Below are positions 56,201 to 64,000 of a stretch of DNA of 64,000 nucleotides, one piece after another. Positions within the stretch are counted from its first letter, which is position 1. Each line of letters starts with the position of its first letter. The stretch is from the human T2T-CHM13v2.0 reference genome, Homo sapiens. Where the stretch lies: assembly GCF_009914755.1 (NCBI RefSeq), contig NC_060925.1. One strand, written 5' to 3'. Under the pieces are notes generated by a model that saw only the letters and a program-made list of their open reading frames with translations, ran no database searches and had not been told where the DNA came from. A program made the position numbers and the translations under genes.

Positions 56201-57914
56201 GGAGAAAGACAAAGCAAGAACCAAAAGGGAACTTGTCAAATGTAAAAAGATATTTGCTTGCAAATATAAGGAATGTAATAAACGCTTCCTGTGTTCCAAA
56301 GCTCTTGCTAAGCACTGTAGTGATTCTCATAACCTAGACCATATTGAAGAGCCTAAAGTACTTTCCGAAGCTGGATCTGCAGCAAGGTTTTCTTGTAACC
56401 AGCCTCAGTGCCCTGCTGTTTTTTATACATTCAACAAGTTGAAGCACCACTTGATGGAACAGCATAATATTGAAGGGGAAATACATTCAGATTATGAAAT
56501 TCATTGTGATCTTAATGGCTGTGGCCAGATTTTCACCCATCGCAGTAATTACTCACAACATGTATATTACCGACATAAAGACTATTATGATGATTTGTTT
56601 AGAAGCCAGAAAGTAGCAAATGAGAGACTACTAAGGAGTGAAAAGGTATGTCAAACAGCTGATACTCAGGGGCATGAACATCAGACCACCAGGAGATCAT
56701 TTAATGCTAAGTCTAAAAAATGTGGCTTAATCAAAGAAAAGAAAGCCCCAATAAGTTTTAAAACCAGAGCTGAGGCCCTCCATATGTGTGTGGAGCACTC
56801 TGAGCACACACAGTACCCCTGCATGGTTCAAGGATGCTTATCTGTGGTGAAGTTGGAGAGCAGCATTGTGAGGCATTACAAACGCACTCATCAGATGAGT
56901 AGTGCCTATTTAGAGCAACAGATGGAGAATCTTGTTGTTTGCGTTAAGTACGGTACCAAAATTAAGGAGGAACCCCCTTCTGAAGCAGATCCCTGTATAA
57001 AGAAAGAAGAAAATAGAAGCTGTGAATCAGAGCGCACAGAACACAGCCATTCCCCGGGTGACAGTAGTGCACCCATCCAGAACACTGATTGCTGTCATTC
57101 AAGTGAAAGGGATGGAGGTCAGAAAGGGTGCATAGAAAGCAGCTCAGTATTTGATGCAGATACTCTGCTCTACAGGGGAACTTTGAAATGTAATCATAGT
57201 TCCAAAACCACTTCCCTAGAACAGTGTAATATAGTTCAGCCTCCTCCTCCTTGTAAAATAGAAAATTCCATACCTAATCCCAATGGGACTGAAAGTGGGA
57301 CTTATTTCACAAGTTTCCAGCTGCCTTTACCAAGGATCAAAGAATCAGAAACTAGGCAGCATAGTTCAGGGCAAGAAAACACTGTAAAAAATCCAACCCA
57401 TGTCCCAAAAGAGAATTTTAGGAAACATTCACAGCCCCGGTCATTTGATTTGAAGACTTACAAACCTATGGGATTTGAATCTTCATTTCTGAAATTTATT
57501 CAGGAAAGTGAAGAGAAAGAAGATGATTTTGATGATTGGGAGCCTTCAGAGCACTTAACATTAAGTAATTCTTCACAGTCCAGTAATGATTTAACAGGGA
57601 ATGTTGTGGCAAATAATATGGTGAATGACAGTGAACCTGAAGTTGACATACCTCATTCTTCCAGTGACTCTACAATTCATGAGAACCTGACTGCAATCCC
57701 ACCTTTAATAGTAGCTGAAACAACAACAGTTCCTTCCTTGGAAAACCTGAGGGTTGTATTGGACAAAGCATTAACAGACTGTGGAGAGCTTGCCTTAAAA
57801 CAGCTTCATTATCTTCGGCCAGTGGTGGTTCTTGAAAGATCTAAGTTTTCCACACCAATTTTAGACTTATTTCCAACAAAAAAGACAGATGAGCTTTGTG
57901 TAGGAAGTTCATAA
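53259..57914 (+). CDS. RLF: RLF terminal coding exon 8 (1551 aa + stop), ~15 dispersed C2H2 zinc fingers
   Basis: Acceptor ctcttttacttacag|GCA; 4656-nt uninterrupted frame. C-x2/4-C-x12-H-x3/4-H fingers include YTCPVC..H..H, YPCPGTDC, FTCGFDGC, FQCHIC, YPCMVQGC. Ends ...DELCVGSS*. Sequence recognised as RLF. Confidence 0.97.
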   Translation, partial: AQDAGLGVSILLCVRALQLRSSEDEEMKASVCKTIACLLPEDLEVRRACQLTEFLIEPSLDGFNMLEELYLQPDQKFDEENAPVPNSLRCELLLALKAHWPFDPEFWDWKTLKRHCHQLLGQEASDSDDDLSGYEMSINDTDVLESFLSDYDEGKEDKQYRRRDLTDQHKEKRDKKPIGSSERYQRWLQYKFFCLLCKRECIEARILHHSKMHMEDGIYTCPVCIKKFKRKEMFVPHVMEHVKMPPSRRDRSKKKLLLKGSQKGICPKSPSAIPEQNHSLNDQAKGESHEYVTFSKLEDCHLQDRDLYPCPGTDCSRVFKQFKYLSVHLKAEHQNNDENAKHYLDMKNRREKCTYCRRHFMSAFHLREHEQVHCGPQPYMCVSIDCYARFGSVNELLNHKQKHDDLRYKCELNGCNIVFSDLGQLYHHEAQHFRDASYTCNFLGCKKFYYSKIEYQNHLSMHNVENSNGDIKKSVKLEESATGEKQDCINQPHLLNQTDKSHLPEDLFCAESANSQIDTETAENLKENSDSNSSDQLSHSSSASMNEELIDTLDHSETMQDVLLSNEKVFGPSSLKEKCSSMAVCFDGTKFTCGFDGCGSTYKNARGMQKHLRKVHPYHFKPKKIKTKDLFPSLGNEHNQTTEKLDAEPKPCSDTNSDSPDEGLDHNIHIKCKREHQGYSSESSICASKRPCTEDTMLELLLRLKHLSLKNSITHGSFSGSLQGYPSSGAKSLQSVSSISDLNFQNQDENMPSQYLAQLAAKPFFCELQGCKYEFVTREALLMHYLKKHNYSKEKVLQLTMFQHRYSPFQCHICQRSFTRKTHLRIHYKNKHQIGSDRATHKLLDNEKCDHEGPCSVDRLKGDCSAELGGDPSSNSEKPHCHPKKDECSSETDLESSCEETESKTSDISSPIGSHREEQEGREGRGSRRTVAKGNLCYILNKYHKPFHCIHKTCNSSFTNLKGLIRHYRTVHQYNKEQLCLEKDKARTKRELVKCKKIFACKYKECNKRFLCSKALAKHCSDSHNLDHIEEPKVLSEAGSAARFSCNQPQCPAVFYTFNKLKHHLMEQHNIEGEIHSDYEIHCDLNGCGQIFTHRSNYSQHVYYRHKDYYDDLFRSQKVANERLLRSEKVCQTADTQGHEHQTTRRSFNAKSKKCGLIKEKKAPISFKTRAEALHMCVEHSEHTQYPCMVQGCLSVVKLESSIVRHYKRTHQMSSAYLEQQMENLVVCVKYGTKIKEEPPSEADPCIKKEENRSCESERTEHSHSPGDSSAPIQNTDCCHSSERDGGQKGCIESSSVFDADTLLYRGTLKCNHSSKTTSLEQCNIVQPPPPCKIENSIPNPNGTESGTYFTSFQLPLPRIKESETRQHSSGQENTVKNPTHVPKENFRKHSQPRSFDLKTYKPMGFESSFLKFIQESEEKEDDFDDWEPSEHLTLSNSSQSSNDLTGNVVANNMVNDSEPEVDIPHSSSDSTIHENLTAIPPLIVAETTTVPSLENLRVVLDKALTDCGELALKQLHYLRPVVVLERSKFSTPILDLFPTKKTDELCVGSS

Positions 57915-58390
57915 GTAGCAATTTTGTTTTAGTAACAGACTGGCTCCAACACTGCAACATGGGGACATTTGCCAACTCGAACAAAGGCTGAGAAGCAGCC
58001 ACACCGTTGTTTAGGGTAGAATAGGCTGTGTATTTACATGAATGTATAATATCTATGTCAGCAGTATTGGCTGAGTCCATTAGCTCTCCAGTTGGTTTAA
58101 TGATTGGGTTTATTTTTGTTTGTTTGTTTATTAAAAAAATGGAACTGTACACTTGTTTGGTGCTAATTAATACATCAAAATATACTGGGGCTTCCTTTTT
58201 CAAATTAAGTGTGCATGATTGTATATGGAACAAATACTAAGGTCCCAGGGTGGGAGGGCTAGGGAAAGGGATATGGAGTTCTTACTTGACTTGAATGTGC
58301 ACCTGAGGGTGCTTTGTGTAATATATTGTACACTACAGCATCTTATATTTTTTGAGTTGAGTTTCAATAAATTACAATTTTTCACCCATT
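57915..58390 (+). other. RLF: RLF 3'UTR (cleavage site approximate)
   Basis: Repeat-free, AU-rich stretch between the stop codon and AATAAA at 58366. CA at ~58387 is followed by GU/U-rich ttcgttgtttac. Confidence 0.8.
58366..58371 (+). terminator. Polyadenylation signal AATAAA of RLF
   Basis: First canonical AATAAA after the stop; TGTA motifs upstream (~58317, ~58327) and a GU-rich element downstream. Confidence 0.85.
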
Positions 58391-58524
58391 CGTTGTTTAC
58401 TCATAATGAGCTTTCATGCCACATGTAAACTGAAATTGCACTTGTATTTTCTGAAATATGCCATTCACATTTTACCCCAGTAATTTTTTTATTTATTATT
58501 AGCTAAATCATTCAGAACAAGGTT

Positions 58525-58715
<191 letters not shown>

Positions 58716-59435
58716 TAAAATTTTTGTTTTTGTGGAAAGATAATTCTGAGATTAATTAGCTGCGGGAGTCAAGATAGCTCCCAGAGGATGTCCAGATGTT
58801 GGCCGAGTAGAAAGGAGAGGATATGCCAACCTAGAACATGAAGGACGTAGCAAATTCAGAGGGCATGTTTCTAGGAAACTACAAATAATTTGATATGCTG
58901 GCAATAAAAGGGGAACAAGAGAGTGACATCATTGTAGAGATAGCAGGAACTAAATCATGAAGACTAAGGAGTTTGGATTTGAGTCTATAGGCATATATCA
59001 GTTGAAGTGTGGAGTGCTCACTTGATTTGAGAAGCTGAAATTGGAAACAGTATACTTGAAGTAATTGAGGCAAGCTTGGTGAGTGTATTTACTGACAATT
59101 GCAGCAGAAGGCAGAGTAGATGAAGTATTTAAGGAGACAGGATTTTGGGGGCTTGGAGAGTGAAGGAAAAGATTTGGTACTGATGCAACCATTTTAAGTA
59201 GGTATACAAAGAAGGAATGAATATTTGGGAAGATAATGGAAACCAAGGTGAGTTTGGCTTTTAGATGTGTTGAGTTTCATTGGACTGTGGGATGTCTGTC
59301 TAATGAGGATAGCAGTATATCCTTTTAATACAGCAGCTTCATTTCCTGTTGCTTGTGAAGTTTTCAACTACTTTCATTAGCTAGTAATGAAGTGACTCAG
59401 ACAACTAACATCTCTTTCTCATCCTTGTGGTTAGA

Positions 59436-60937
<1,502 letters not shown>

Positions 60938-61470
60938 ACTTTCCTGTTTAAACCAGCATGAGTGACTATACGATAATACAGGGCAAAGGGTTATTTTTTT
61001 AGCTTGTAGTAATCATTTTAACTTGATATCTCTGGAATTTGTCCCAACCCTGGCACAGACCTGAAAGCACTGACTTTGTTTTCAAAGCTTTTTCAATTCA
61101 AGAGTGCCTCCAAAATGGTGAGTAGGAATGAAGACTTCCAGACACTTCTATTCTTGCCTTTACCCAGAATTCTCTTGCTTCAGTGTTTTCCCCATTTTCA
61201 TGAGCCCATGTGTGAAATAGGGTAAGGAACTGTGGAGGAGAAAGTTTTTTATTAGCCTTCCTCAGGGTATTCCATTCTCAATCTATCCTTTCTCAGTCCC
61301 AAAAGGCCTACTGAGCTGAACTGCCTAAGACATAATCATTCACCAAATATTTAAATACACACATTTAAAGAGATACAATTCCAGATGCAATGGGAGACAA
61401 AAAAAAAAAAAAGTTGTCAGGGCCATCAAGAAGCTTTCACAAGGTGAAGGGAGGGCTGGAGTATCTCAGA

Positions 61471-61643
61471 ACATTGTTACTTAAAGTGTGGTAGTGGGCC
61501 AGCAGTATAGGTGTCACCTAGGAGATTGTTATTAATAAAAATGCATAAATTCAGGCCCTACTCCAGACCTACTGGACCAAAATGTGCGTGTTAGTAAGAT
61601 CTCCAGGTGATTCTTAGGCACAGAAAAGTTCTAGAAGCACTGG
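61471..61643 (+). mobile_element. MER5A hAT-Charlie MITE
   Basis: ttacttaaagtgtggt...ccagcagtat...cacctaggagattgtta...ccagacctactg...aagatctccaggtgattct...agaagcactg. Confidence 0.8.
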
Positions 61644-62134
61644 CCTGGAAGTGGAAAGTACTGTGAGAATTCAGGGTAATTGTGCTTTTTAGCATTTTAC
61701 ATAAAATTATGTTGTTGAATTTTCATAATCCTATGAAGTAGGTGCTGTTACTATATTTGACAAAGAACGAGATGAAGTGTCTTGCCTGGCTGGCACAAAT
61801 AGAGGTGGAGCCCAGTTTCCAATCTCTTCTGACTAGAAGAATGTCAGAGAGGGACATTTAGTGTAAAGGAATAACAGATGGAAAGTTGCAGGTGGTATTT
61901 GAAGTACCAAAAATACCACAGTTCTGTAATGTGAGTGTTGTTTGTGAAGGTGAATAGTGGGAAATACAATTTGAAGTGTAGGTGAAAGCCAGGTTATTCA
62001 ACTCAAACTCCACAGTCATATGGTGCTGACATTTCTTCATTTGAGTATAGAGATGGGAAACGTGCATATTTTTTTCTGTGAATAACATGTAACCTACGAA
62101 AAAGGCAAGTTTTCTTTTCTGAAAGAAACTTACT

Positions 62135-64000
<1,866 letters not shown>

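Noticed and set aside
57841-58428. Overlapping ORFs in or antisense to the 3'UTR (130 aa minus; 70 and 69 aa plus)
   Set aside because: No recognisable domains, splice context or promoter; expected by chance.

Overview
Primate (very likely human) genomic DNA carrying most of the + strand gene RLF (rearranged L-myc fusion; paralogue of ZNF292). Seven coding exons splice together with canonical GT-AG junctions and consistent phases: 6522-6676, 8239-8320, 13103-13235, 19878-20080, 40041-40177, 48984-49125 and a 4.66-kb terminal exon 53259-57914 (stop). They give 1835 aa in the window. The first exon and promoter lie upstream, and from recall about 79 aa are missing from the ~1914-aa protein. The terminal exon encodes ~15 dispersed C2H2 zinc fingers and is followed by a ~470-nt 3'UTR with AATAAA at 58366. 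Introns are very Alu-dense (>60 copies or fragments) and also hold L1, L2, MIR, MLT1 and hAT/Tigger fossils; nearly every short ORF in the supplied track is Alu- or repeat-derived noise. The most interesting unexplained items are: (1) exons 2-5 total 573 nt, start and end in phase 0 and have no stop, so a back-spliced circle would be an endless ORF; (2) a perfect 35-bp palindrome between inverted, fused Alus in intron 1; (3) an ~85-90-bp direct repeat and a cluster of cryptic or recursive splice signals in a repeat-free island of intron 5; (4) a five-tract G-quadruplex, two miR-181 sites and a possible proximal poly(A) signal in the 3'UTR; (5) a C-terminal PxVxL motif; (6) a hairpin-core compound VNTR inside a MER5A. 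I found no prokaryote-type system or foreign insertion. Repeat boundaries are approximate and subfamily calls were made by eye.
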